This document shows, in pieces, positions 49,655 through 62,455 of a stretch of 64,000 nt of DNA (positions within the stretch are counted from its first letter, which is position 1; every line of letters begins with the position of its first letter). This DNA is from Thalia democratica (lineage: Eukaryota). Location of the stretch: assembly GCA_965202585.1 (NCBI GenBank), contig OZ241827.1, forward strand, positions 75,330,001 to 75,394,000, read 5' to 3'. The position numbers and the translations under genes are program-made. The notes below the pieces were generated by a model. That model searched no databases. It was not told the DNA's origin and worked only from the letters and a program-made list of their open reading frames with translations.

Positions 49655-52600
49655 CTCTAAACAAATCGGTGATGTTGCGAACTTGTTTTACTGTAATTTG
49701 ACAGTTTTCTTGTGGCGTTCTGATTTTACTTGTTTCAAGAATACATAATTTGGTGCAGTACTTTTCCTCCAAAAAAGACAGCTCGTTTTGTTGGTCATTT
49801 TGTCCACCTATAATGAAAAATGTGTAAGATACTATGGAAAAAGACTTAAGAAAAAACAAAATAAAAATACAACTTACCACACATTTTTGCCATAATGTTA
49901 CTTATGTACGTGACATTTGCTTTTCCCTTTTCTGTGTTTGCGTACCATGCAGAGAAAGTAAGCGGGTTATCAGTGTTCATCGAATAAAATTGCGTGCAAA
50001 ATTGCAAAAATGGTGTGTTTGGATCGTGACTGTTGCTGTTCTTTTGTTTATACATCAACAGCGATTTAACCGGACATTTCTTATCACCAGTGTGGAAAAT
50101 AACCTATGATATTACTTAAACTTCTTAAGTTTTAAATTTTGATTTAAAATACAACAAAATCAGATTGCTAAATGTAGAAAAAAAACTAATTAACTAATAG
50201 AGCTAGTTTAAAGATAGTTGGTTAAACTTAAAAAACCTAGCAGAAATTAAAAAAAAAGTAGGTTTTATAGTTTGACTAATCTATTAATGCACAAATTGTT
50301 TTTTTTTTTTAAATGTACAAGCTAATTTTTTTAAAACAAATTAAATACAAAGGCAGTCAAAACAAGAGCATAAAAATAGCTAGTTACATGTTTCTGCTTT
50401 TAAGTGTAAGATTTTTACGATATATAAGGTAAAAGAAACATTTTTTATTTTAAACCTAATAAAATATGACAAGTTTAAGCAGTTCGATGGATAATTGAAA
50501 ATTTGTCGATATTTTTTAAATTTAAGCTATACTTTATTTAAAAGTTTAGAAATGGTTGAACAAAGCTAAATAAAAGTTAGTACTCAAAAATCATTATCTG
50601 AACTTTTATGGCGTCACTTTTGCACAAAATTTCAGTTTCACAACTTAAGTTATAGTTAAATTAAAATTAAAAATAAATAAATGAACAACTTAGTAATGTT
50701 TAATTAAGTTTTAATGAAAAACTAAACTTTAATAAAAAAACTAAATTTAAATATAACATAAGTAATTTAACTATAACCTACATACATATGCTTGTTCAAA
50801 AAATATTAATGTAGCTTTTTTAAATGAATAAGCTCAAAATGATCACATATGAATCTGGTTCAGTAAAATTAAATATTTTCAATGATTCTTATATCATGCA
50901 AGAATTTAACTAATAAAAACTTACATTTGCAGAATGTTTTAACTTTGCACGCAACACTTTACCATTTCCATCGGAGACAAACGTAATATCTCCTCATTTC
51001 CAGTACAAAATTTTTGGCACTCTGCTACCTTTCCTAAATCAAGCACCGTACGTTTCAAAGAAAACCTGCAAATAAAAGAAAATAAGAAACATCGAGGAAA
51101 AAAAGATGCGTCTTATATAATTAACTAATGTTGCAGAAAAATTTTTATTTAATTTTCTAAACAAAAAATAAGTGATAATAATTAGAAAAGATACAAATTT
51201 CTATTAAGAAATTAATAAAAACATCTAACTAAGAGATAAAGACCTTTTTGGTGGCAAGCGTTATACTTTTTATTCAAATTACTTGTATTTTGTAAAAAAA
51301 AAGTAATTAATTTTCATTTTCTGAGTAATAACAGTCAAAAGAAAAAATAAAACAAACTTTGGCTTGTACTTTTGTTCCTAAAATGCCATCATCTGTGTGG
51401 TAATTGAACGCATTCGAATACAGCTTCTTTAGATGCTCATCTGATATTGCTTTCGGTTGATTGCTTGACATTGTTATCTTGGCTTATCTAAGTATTCTGT
51501 AGAATTTAACACTGGCGACTTGATTTCATTAAAACAATCATTTATTTGAACACTTTAATCAAAAAAGAAATGGAAAGTAGATAATAAAGTCTTAAGTTGT
51601 TTATTTTTAGTAAGAGTAACTATTTACTTCTACACTTTTTGAGCAGCATTACCCGGTGATCAATTTGAACTGTTTATGCTTTCAGACACAAAATTAGCAA
51701 AATCATTAAAATAGAAGTGTAATATATTTTGTAGTACGTGAGTAGTATTTTGTATCTAATTTTTTTGATTATAAAATATAGTTTTTTTTTTGTAACATCA
51801 AGTGAAAATACATCAATTAAAAAATTTTCACTTATAAATTTAGTTGTCGAACTTTATCAAAAACTGAGGCTTTAAAATAACTTTCTTATATTACGATGCT
51901 TATATAACTATACATTTAAAATTATTAATACTGTTTTAACAAATAAAAGAGCGCTCAAAAGGTTTGGTCAAGGAATCGTGTAATAAATAAAATTACGGTT
52001 ATTGAGTCGTTATCAACTCGTGCTTTTACATTTTTTTTATTAGCTAGCTAAAATCAATTGATATAATCTAAAAATATTAACCTCAGAAATAAAACTATCA
52101 ATGAAATAAAGGAAAAGTAAACTAAGCAAAAATTTAATAAGTAATGTATGAAAATATAAAAACTTTATTCAAATTGTACTCAAGTCTTTTTAACAGTATT
52201 CAAATAAAAATACAGCCTAAGCCTAAAACTTTTCAAAAACAAGAAATAGTAAAATAATTTTTTTTCTAGAACTTCACCTTTCTTATTGAAGTAAGAAAAG
52301 TTTAGTTTGTTTTAATGATTCAAAAAGCTTAAAATTTTACTTTACTAATTTTTCGTTGTGTTCTTGTTTGTTTATGTACTATGGTAAAATAAATAACAAA
52401 TATCCAGTTAGTTCAGTTCACTTATCATTAAAACAAAGATTTTTTTATTATTTATTTTTGATTATATTTTTAATAACAAATGTTTTGTAAGTACAGTACA
52501 CTGTATTTTATCAAACTTCTATTTAAAACATAACAATATTCACTTTAGGGATATTATTATAAAAACATGAAATTTATAATAAAAAAATTTTGCTCAAAAA

Positions 52601-55600
52601 TAAATAAATTAAGTATTATGCAAGTTTAGTTTGAATTTATGTTGTTTCATATGTATACCATGTTTTAAAGGGTATTGCAAAAACTTTTAAAACAAAAGCA
52701 AGTAATTTAGATCATCGTAAAACTTTTTTTTTCTGAAAAAAAATTGATAACTGAATGAGATAGACATATATTTTATGTAAGAGAATAAAAATAAACAAGT
52801 TTATCTAAAGCCACTTTTAAAACTTACGTTAAAAACAACTTTAGAAAAGTTTTTTGTGTTTTTTGTAACATTTAAAAGTTAAATTAAACATTTTTATTCA
52901 AAACATATTGATATATACATAAAAAATTTCTTGGAAAGTCTTTGTAAAAACATTAAACTAAGTTTATCTAGCCTTTTATCTATTATTAATCTACAAATTT
53001 AATATTATAGATTAATTAATATTAGATATTTAATAAAATTTTTACATGACAATTCAAGTACGGACAATTCAAAATCTTAAACAAATGGTTTAAGGGCCAC
53101 GCTCAAAAAGTAGTGTAGTAATATTTTTATGTTAGAAATATGTAGGTCAACTCAAAAAACATTATATATTTAACTTGATAAGCTTATGATAATAAGAAAA
53201 ACCTGAATTAAAAAAAATTGTTTATAAAAAATTAAAAAAACACTATAAATTTTAATTTATATTAGCCATATCACAAAAAGCATTTTATTGTCTGCAAAAA
53301 AACAAAAAGTGTTTGTAGGTATTAGTTATACGTACAAACGCATATTTACTTAATTGAAATGCATACTGCTTTTTGAGTTGTGGCCCTTTAAACTTTTCTT
53401 AATTATTTGAATTTTGGGTTTCGTATTGCCCGATTTTAAATAGTTGGGAACCCAGTATTCTATTTATATTTTAGTTAAGGTGTCACGACTCTTACATACA
53501 AGTTAGGATATTAAAAAAACTTAGACTAACTAATGCTAGTAAAATTTGTTTTTAAGAAGTGTTTAGTAGCTTTAGTATAAAAGTATGATATATTACAAAA
53601 GTACTGATAAAAAGCTAATATGTTTTGTAATTTGTACTTTTAGAAGAACGAAGTTAACTTTATAATTAGATTTGTGTTTTGTTACTCCTACCACTTTTTA
53701 TAAATGTGAGGCTATCTAAATTAAAAAATGATAATTAAAAAGATATAGCTACAAAATTTTCCGAATGAGGTAAAACAAATAATAAGGTCTTTATAATTTT
53801 TATGCAGATGTTAAAGACAAACTGTTTATAGTGGACTAAAAAACGGTATTCAAGCGGCCATTAATGATATTAAAAACATTTCGCTGAAAAGAAAACTAGA
53901 CTAAGTTTTAGTCATAGTCGAAACTTTTTATCTTTGTTTCAAAAATTTTTATAACTTTTTACTACTTCAAGCATTTAACAAGTTATGTTAGTTTAATTCT
54001 AAGCAGATTTTGCCTTTTCAGTTTATTTATCAAAATTCTTCATAGTTTATGTCAAAAATTGCTTGCAGAAAAATACCTGTAATACTTATTTAAATTTTTT
54101 TTTACCATTTTTTAAAAGTTTTGTTTAATTTGTATTAGAAAATACAATAAGTTATTTCAAAATTAATAATTATCAAACTTTTTATAGTTATTAATAATTG
54201 ACATTTTTTAATAAAAATAGAAAATAGGCATCAAAATATTGTTTTTTTTAACCTAAAAATTTTTTTTTTCTTAATGATAGATTTTATGTAAATTCGTACT
54301 AATTACACTTATCATATTTTCTAAAACATAAAAAAAAAGATAATTCAGCACAATGCCATCGAGATATTCTCTCTTAAAAATACCCTGTACTGCTTTAAAA
54401 GCACTAATCTGGTTTTTGGAAGTGAGCAATTTTTTTTTTAAATTAGAAAGTATGTACTTTTCTTTTTAAATTTTCAAAGAATTGCAACTTTATAAATTGA
54501 CAGTAAACCAGTTAAAAAAAATATATAATAATTTCTGTTATAAACTTTTAAAATAGCTATTAGCAGTTGCTGTAGGCCATAATTTTGATAAAAACTTAAG
54601 GTGTTGTTAACCAATTTAAAGACTTAAAAACGCCAATATTATTTACATCAAAGCTTACATAAGTATACCTAAACCAGAATATAACCAAATCGAATTTTAA
54701 TAGAGGAAATCATTCTTTAAACAACTAAATAAATTTATTGGTTTAATTTTTAAGACACTAAAATGGTAAATGACCACTTGCCAGCACACTGTGTAGTAAT
54801 TCAATTACTCTATATTAGAAGTTAACAATCTGTACCCTAAAGATTTTAATTTTAGTTATGTTCAAATATTTACTTAAGTTTTATATGATCATATCTAAAA
54901 AACCAATTCTACCAAAGTTTTAAAATAAACCGTTGCTACTGCACTTTCTGATTCTTGACTTTCGTATGGATAACAACCTGACTCAAAAGTTTGTTGTTTT
55001 GGTGAAACTTTTATGTACTTGTATTCAACTAACTCAATGACAGACATAAAATATTTGAATTAATTAAATAAAAATTCATTTCTTTTTGAATTATAATTTA
55101 AAATATTTTTCAATTACTTCATTTATTTTCAAACTTTTTTTTTGAGATAGGTTCGTTAAGAAATAAATACGACTAAATATCTACAGTGAAAAAATAAACA
55201 AAAATAGACTAAAACCTAAAAACAAAAAATAAATAAAATCAATCACTGTTTAGTTGAAATCTAAATCGAAGTTTCACAGCTTATATGAAAGAGCTCACTA
55301 TTCAAATATTAAATCCACTTCAAGACAGAGACTTCTGGATGATGAAAAATCTATAAATATTTTGAAAAAAAAAAAGAACTAGAAACTATCTTATATACAC
55401 AATAAACACAGTTACTACTACATCCCTTACCAATTTTTTATAAACTAAAACTTTTTATTTATAAACGTCATCTCAAAATTACTAAGTTTCGTAGTGTTAA
55501 ATTACATTTTCAAACATATTAAAATCAATTAAATACTTTTTCATGAAAAGTTATTTGTTCGAGTCTAAAACAAAACTTTTCCCTAGGGCGAAATTTGTTA

Positions 55601-57332
55601 GTTTAGATAAATGAAGAAAAACTAGCAACACTTGGTTTATTTAAAATCAGCTAATTGCTCACTTTTTTTTTTGTGAAGTGTTTTGTACAGGTTTTAGTTT
55701 GTTTTGATTTTATACTAGTACATTTAAAAAGTTTATACTTATTTTTACCACTTAGTTTTCAAGAAAACTTTATATTTTATTCCAAGTTGATATTAACAAT
55801 GTGACTAACAAGTAACAATTACCGTTTCAACTATAATAATTTATTTTTCCGTACTAACTAATTTTATTTAAAATAAACTATTGTGTACTATTCTTACTGT
55901 AAATTATCAACTAGATTGTGAAATGAAAATTAAAAATAAAACAAACATTTTAATTTTTAGCACATAGCATGTTTTATTTGTATTTACTTAACAGTTTCTC
56001 GCCTAAACAAGCTGATTATAACACAAGTATGTTTTAAGAAATAAACAACTTTTTTAAATAGTTATAAAATAGTACAACTTGCTGCTTGTAAAATAGTTAA
56101 ATAAATAAAAAAAAAGATGCGTGAAATAAAATGATTTGGCTTTATACATTTTTTTAAAAACCACTTAAGTAATCTATAAGTAACGTTTAGACATAGAATT
56201 ACAAGATAACTAAGAAATATTTTAAAAATATTGTTAGGCCATTTAACAAGCGGAGATATTTAGTATTCTAAACACAAACTAAACACAAAATTTCTAAAAA
56301 TGCAAAGCAAATGGTGTTAAAAATTGTTGTGATTATTTTTTGAAGTAGTCATTGTAATGTTGGCTATTTTTTTAATAACATTAAACTTTTTACGTTAACA
56401 TTAAAAAATATACGATTTGTGTAACCTTTTATTTTGTCGAATTATAAATTTCAGTTAGCTTTGCCTAAAGAAAGTTGCATTTAATTTAAAAAAAATCTAT
56501 TTCATACAAAATTGCTAAGATAATCAAAATCTATTTAGAATTTTTAAAATTAGTAATTATTTTTAGTGAAATAGGAACAAAAAGTAAAAGTCTATCACAA
56601 CTAGCTTACTTCAAAATAAAATTTTAGTGTCAAACAAAATGTTTTTTCAGTTAAACTTGACCGAATAGTTAACATATTTTTATAGTTTAGTACTTTAAAA
56701 ATTTACTAGAAACTAACAATAAGATGTCAATTTTGTAACTATTTTTTTAAACAAGAGATCTTTGTTCAGCTTACTTGGAATGATACTATTTGAAAAGCTC
56801 GCCAACAACTTTCTAGAAAACTTTCTATAATTTTAGATACTATTTTATTGTAAGACAAAAACCTTTACACTATAAATTTTATTATCATTTGTGCTAGCTA
56901 TTGAAAGTAACATATTCCCTTATCAAAAAATACCATAAATGTTTAAAAAATAATTAAGCTCAAAATTATCATTAGAGCTTAAAAACAGCTGTCCAATGAA
57001 ACAACAAACTAAACTAGCGTTCCAAATTTTCATCATTTATTGAAATTTTCAATAAGTCAAACAGTTGTATAAATTACACAGCATTTAAGAAAGATAAAAA
57101 AAAACAGCACATTAAAAACATAAGTAAAAAGCTAACAAATAGAAAAAAAATTAAACAAAATATATTATACTACACAAACAAAATCTCAAGAAATTTTTGT
57201 GGAAAATTTTTATATTATTTTTACTTGTAAAATAAATTAAAACATAAAACTAAACTTTCAAAAAGTAATACAAACACAAACATACAATACTATAGCAAGT
57301 TTAAACACAAAAAAAAACAAGAAATAAATAAA

Positions 57333-58545
57333 CATCATCGTCTTATTAAAATGTACTTTTACAATTCTACACTTTTATAAATCACTGTATGGTATTTCAG
57401 CCAAGTTTATATTTAAATTTAATTTATAAATTTATAAATGTTTTTTGTAGTCTAGATTCTGAATATTTAGTTGTTCTAGGAAAGCGACTTTGTATGCGTC
57501 ATTAATGCAGAGATTTTTTAGTTTTTTCTTACGTTTTTAACAATGCCTAAGTATTGCAGGTTCATCTGGAATTTGTTCTGTGCTAAGCTTTAATTTTAAC
57601 TTATTCCAAGCTTTTCTATGTGTTGTTCATTTAATACTTGAACTACTTCTGTTTGTCCTTCGTAGCTACTGTCACATTTAGTGCATTAAGCTGCGTAAAT
57701 ACTAAAACTGTTACAAGTCAGATTTGGTTTTAGTTTTACAGTTTTATCTTAAATAGTTAAAAATTCTTTATCCAGATGTCTTAACACACGATTTATTGAA
57801 TAATTTAGGGAGAAATATTTCCCTACTTCTTTTTTTTTCAGAAAAACTTATTTTATTACAAAATATTGTAACATGTTTGTGCTGTTTTTAGAAAATTTTC
57901 CAATGGTTTTTTCACATATGGTATTGTTATAAAGTGTTTGTTTGTGAAGTATATTTAGTTTTAGTTAATCAAGATTCGAGATTGTTTATCTTTTGTTTTT
58001 GCTCTTTAAAAAAGTCTGTCGACAAGAATGTTTTACTAAATGTTCTTCATTTGTTAGCCTTGTTTGTTCGTTACGTTTTAAATTTTCGGAGACAAGATTT
58101 TCGTTTCTGAATTTAAGTTATTTTAAATTGTTTTTCACCACCTCCATACACACAAATTGAAGTTCATATGACAAATGTTCTGGTTAGTTTTCTATTCGTT
58201 ATCGAATAAGTTTGTTGCCTTTTTTTCTTACTTTACTATTACGAGTTTGTAATTTTTACTACTTAGATTGAAAAAGATTAATAAAGCGCATAAAAATCGT
58301 TTTGTTTAAAACCAAAACATAATTTCATTTGATATCTACTAATGTGTCTAGATATTGAACAATATCTTTCTGACTGGCTTGAAATACAAGTCTTATTTCT
58401 TTGTGAATTTTATTGAGTTTTTAATGAAACTGCTGTGCTTATAATTTAATTTAAAAATGCAGTACAAGACAGTTAGTTCAAAGGTTTGCACAAACAGCTG
58501 AAAAGTGCAGTTTCAGAAAGCTATAACTGTTTGCGGACAGATTTT
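57333..58545 (-). mobile_element. Degenerate Penelope-like fragment, right-arm-specific insertion (boundaries approximate)
   Basis: Absent from the left arm at ~27920. The minus strand shows IPYV..., GKYFSL (near-identical in DNA to 1230-1256) and IYAA*CTKCDSSYEGQT, with stops and frameshifts. Confidence 0.65.
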
Positions 58546-61206
58546 TAGCTACAGTCGCGTAAAAATCATCTCAGTTTTTACTGAATACTTTGACTAATTG
58601 TTTACATATTGATTGTCTATTTTAAGTTTTTTCGCCCAAATTAAATTTCAATGACCCATTTAAGGAAACAATTTTGTTTGCAGACCTGATAAACCAATTC
58701 ACGTGATAAAAGTTTAATTGTTCTTTGTAAGTAAATAACCTGAACACTGTTTTAAAATAATGTGCTGCCATGTTGGGCAAGCTTTTTTTTGTAGTTATGA
58801 CAAAATATCGTTTTTTTTTTTTTTATAATCTACCTCATTGATGTTATGCTATGCATATAATAAAATGTACACTTAATTATCTGTTAGTTTGAACTATTTT
58901 AACTTTCTTACACGAACTGAAGGTTTAAATACACGAAAAAGTAACAAAAATGCTTTGTAAAGTTTAAAAATTAATCTAACGAAAGTAAATTAGATTGTTA
59001 GCAGTTTAACTAAAATTGAAACTCATTCTAAAATAAGAAAGAATGGAGGTTTGTTTGACATGACTATTTTATGTTTCTTATCACGGAATAGGATAAGTTT
59101 TAAAATACTTTCTGGTGTGGATTCAGGTTTATTGTTTCCTCCTTGTCTGACTCTGGTTGTGTACTAATGCTGAAGTAAGTCCTGATAAAAATCTTAAATA
59201 CAACTCTGTTTCATCCAATTCACAATTTGAAGTTTGGATGAGCCCTTTTTTTGATAATCTAATATTTGTATAATACGAAAGATATGATTTATTAAATCAA
59301 GTTTTTCTTTTTTAAGAATTTTAACTTTACACTGCACTGCTTGCGTAGTTATTTAAATAGAATTAGAATTGTATTTACCGTAGAGCATTGATTTAAATAA
59401 ATCTACTTCTCGATCTAGACCGACCGGATCAGTAAGAAACCAAATAAACATGGACAGGAAAAATGAGTAAGCACTGTATTTCGATAACCGAAAGGTTTTT
59501 TGTACACCAGGTCCTCAGACCAAACCTTTTGAGCGTTTTTTTTTGTCGTTCAATAAACAATAAAATTTTAATAATGTACTTGTTTTTGACTATACTGCAT
59601 GGAATTATATGTTCTTTTTCGTGCAATATTATTATTATAATTGTATATTGAACGATAAAGAAATGCGCTTAAATTATTTGGTTGTAACACCTGGTGCACA
59701 AAAATAACTTTTCATTTATCGAGTGGCACACCAAATGAATACCTATAACGGCCATTAAACTGTTCAGGATGTTTGATTATTAAGCACTCAAAATAATGGT
59801 TTTAATAGTTTAGTAAGTTTAATTTACGTTTAAAATCATTCATAATACAGGTTGATAAAACTGAAATTTAAAGCACAATATTTTCAGTATCAAAGGAACT
59901 AATACTCTGATTTTACAATAATTTATTAGGAAGAAAAAAAATAAGTTTTTTTAAGCTTTAAGTTTAAAGATTATCAAATGTTTCTAAACTGTTTAAAAAT
60001 ACAAAGATTTTTTTGTTTTTAGTCTACTTAAACTAATAATTTAAAGTTCTTTAATTGTGTGGTACGCTTTTTACTTATGTATAAATAAGTACTTACTATT
60101 TTGAAAACATCTACTTACTTTATATAAATATTAGTTCTTAATAAAATCAATTGGTTGAACTATACATTAAAATGCAGCATCTATTTATGAGAGTTTTAAT
60201 CTGTTCAAAACTTTTAAATTATATAACTTAGTAAAATATTTTTAAGGTAGCTAAATATACAATAAGAAACATATTTTAGTTAAGTCTGATGTTTTTAAGT
60301 TTAAGTATTTTTGAGTCAAAATTCACATCAAGTTAACTCTAAGTTTCTAGTTTAATACCTTAAAAATTACTTAAATGAAAATAGTATTGATTTCAGGAGC
60401 TGTTTTACAAACAAGTATTTATTTTTATATAAATAGTTTCACACTTTGAAAAACTTTGATGTACCTTTAAGAACATACTTTTCTTCACTAAAATACTCAT
60501 TTTCTTGACTTTTAAATACAATACAGGTTCAGATATTTTCTTTACTATTCATTTTTACCCAATCTAGGTTTTTAAAATACCAGTCGTAACACAGCATGCG
60601 TATTGTTTATAATAATCAAACTTCGAGCTAAGATTAAAAACAAAAAACGAGTTAGTAATAAACTACATACAATCAAAAGTATGGCTAAAACACGGTTAGT
60701 AGAAGTTATATTTTTCAAACAATAACTACAGGTAATTTTTAGATTGCAACCTAACTATAAATAGTATGGTAAAATTTCTAAATGAAAATAGTTTTAAACA
60801 TTAAAAAAGAAGTGTTTGTTAGGTACGAAATACAAAATCTAAATCTAAAGTTTTTAAACACAGTAATTACGCTTTTTTACTAAAAACTTCTGTTTTTACT
60901 ATTGACCTATGGTTGATTTACTCAAAATATTAAATGTAAATAATTTACAAACTGCATTGAATACATTATTTAAAACTCTAACGATATAAAAATGTTTCTT
61001 GACATTTAAGTTTTACATAATTTATTAGTTAATACAAGTGTCAATCTTTATAGTTACGAAAAATACTTTTAAATATATATATTATAACAAACTAACTGTG
61101 TTTCATTTTATTTAAAAAAATAATCTATGTTTGACGAAAAAACAATCACAAGCTGCAGTTTTATAAACAAAGGTTACTAATTGCATTAAACAATTATACT
61201 GCACAC

Positions 61207-62455
61207 TTATAAACACTTTTTTCCTTTCGGACATTTTGAGCCACGTTTACCTTCAATATAGGGTATTCCCGTGTACTTTCCTATTGGTCCATAATTGCAA
61301 ACTGTCAGATATACAGGATTAACTCCATCCAACTTGTAACATCTTCGTACTGTAAAATGTCAATGAAATATAGCTAACATTCGTATAAGGTTAGTTAATC
61401 ACTAATTTTTATTAAGACATTTTAAAACTATTTAGCTTTAACTATCCATAGAAATAAGTAATATCTACGTCATTATATATACAGAACTTAAATTTTGCAA
61501 AAATTTAGAATCTAGGCAATCAATATGTAGTGTAAACTAAATACCTAAAATACTTTCTATAAGAAGATGATTGATTTTTTCGGTATTCAAACTCGAATAT
61601 GCACTTTTAAAACAGTCATATTATTTTACATTCTTACCTGCACAGCCAACATATTCAGTTTGAGCGTTGACCATCGTGGTGTAGTGTGCACACACTTCGT
61701 CATGTGCACACTTGTCGTTATTGTAGTCGTAATGCTCACTCTCACCTGCCCAATCTTTCACTGCGTTTCCAACAACAGTCTGGAAATCTAGCTCTTCATA
61801 CACCACCGTGGCTTTGGGGTTCTTCTTGGCTTTTTCAACACTGAAACCGCTCCAGTCGTAGTCTCCGTCGAACTTGTAGTGAACTTTGCCTTCGTGAGCG
61901 ATGTTTTCACTGATGTCGGTTTTGAACTTCCTGGAAGTTCTTGATTTTTGCTCGCTGTGTGCGAACACGCACTTTTTGGCGTGCTTCTTGGCGAGGTGCT
62001 CCAGTCTTTTGTCCCACTTCAGCTCAATCATGTTGGCTGCGCTCGGTTTAACCTTCAAACGAAAAGTACTTATAATATCGTGATTTGTTACTCAATTGAA
62101 GACAACAATTTAAAGTCTTACTTTAACAAAAACTACTTAACTTTAAATGTTTAAACTAAAATTCAATACAATGAAAATATAACAAAAATAATAAAAAGTG
62201 TATTTTGTCTAGAAAGAGTTTTTTTAGTTGATTATGTAATCAATGTTTATAATAGTTAGTAGAATAAATAAAAATTTATAATTATTTAAAGTAACTCACT
62301 TTTCTTCTTGCATTGTTGTGATACTCAACATAAGCTTCTCTGTCTTTTTGAGAAATTTCTATGAATTTTCCGTTTTTCCCTCTTTTTTTAACACCCTCTA
62401 CTGTATTAATAAGAAGTATAGTAGGCACTACGAACAGCAAAAACTTGAAATTCAT
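61207..62455 (-). CDS. Secreted CAP/SCP (CRISP/allergen-5-like) protein, ~237 aa, right-arm copy. Exons 62455-62300, 62052-61638, 61349-61207
   Basis: MNFKFLLFVVPTILLINTVEG...YHNNARRK|VKPSAANM...YVGCA|VRRC...TVCNYGPIGKYTGIPYIEG...CPKGKKCL*. Splice sites are canonical. The stop may be 7 codons premature relative to the left copy. Confidence 0.88.

Larger units (their letters stand above)
48883..59181 (-). pseudogene. Crypton/DUF3504-like gene, inverted copy, disabled. Exons 59181-59109, 54977-54931, 51477-51358, 51065-50925, 50103-49878, 49807-48883 (interrupted)
   Basis: Same exon set. Two TGG>TGA stops in 51065-50925, a MITE insertion in the last exon, and truncation at 48883. Confidence 0.75.

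Noticed and set aside
50925-51065. Alternative genetic code (two TGG>TGA here; TAA aligning with CAA or TAT in the CAP region)
   Set aside because: The stops align with different amino acids in different copies, intact genes end in TAA/TAG, and these copies have other disabling lesions. Ordinary pseudogenisation explains it.
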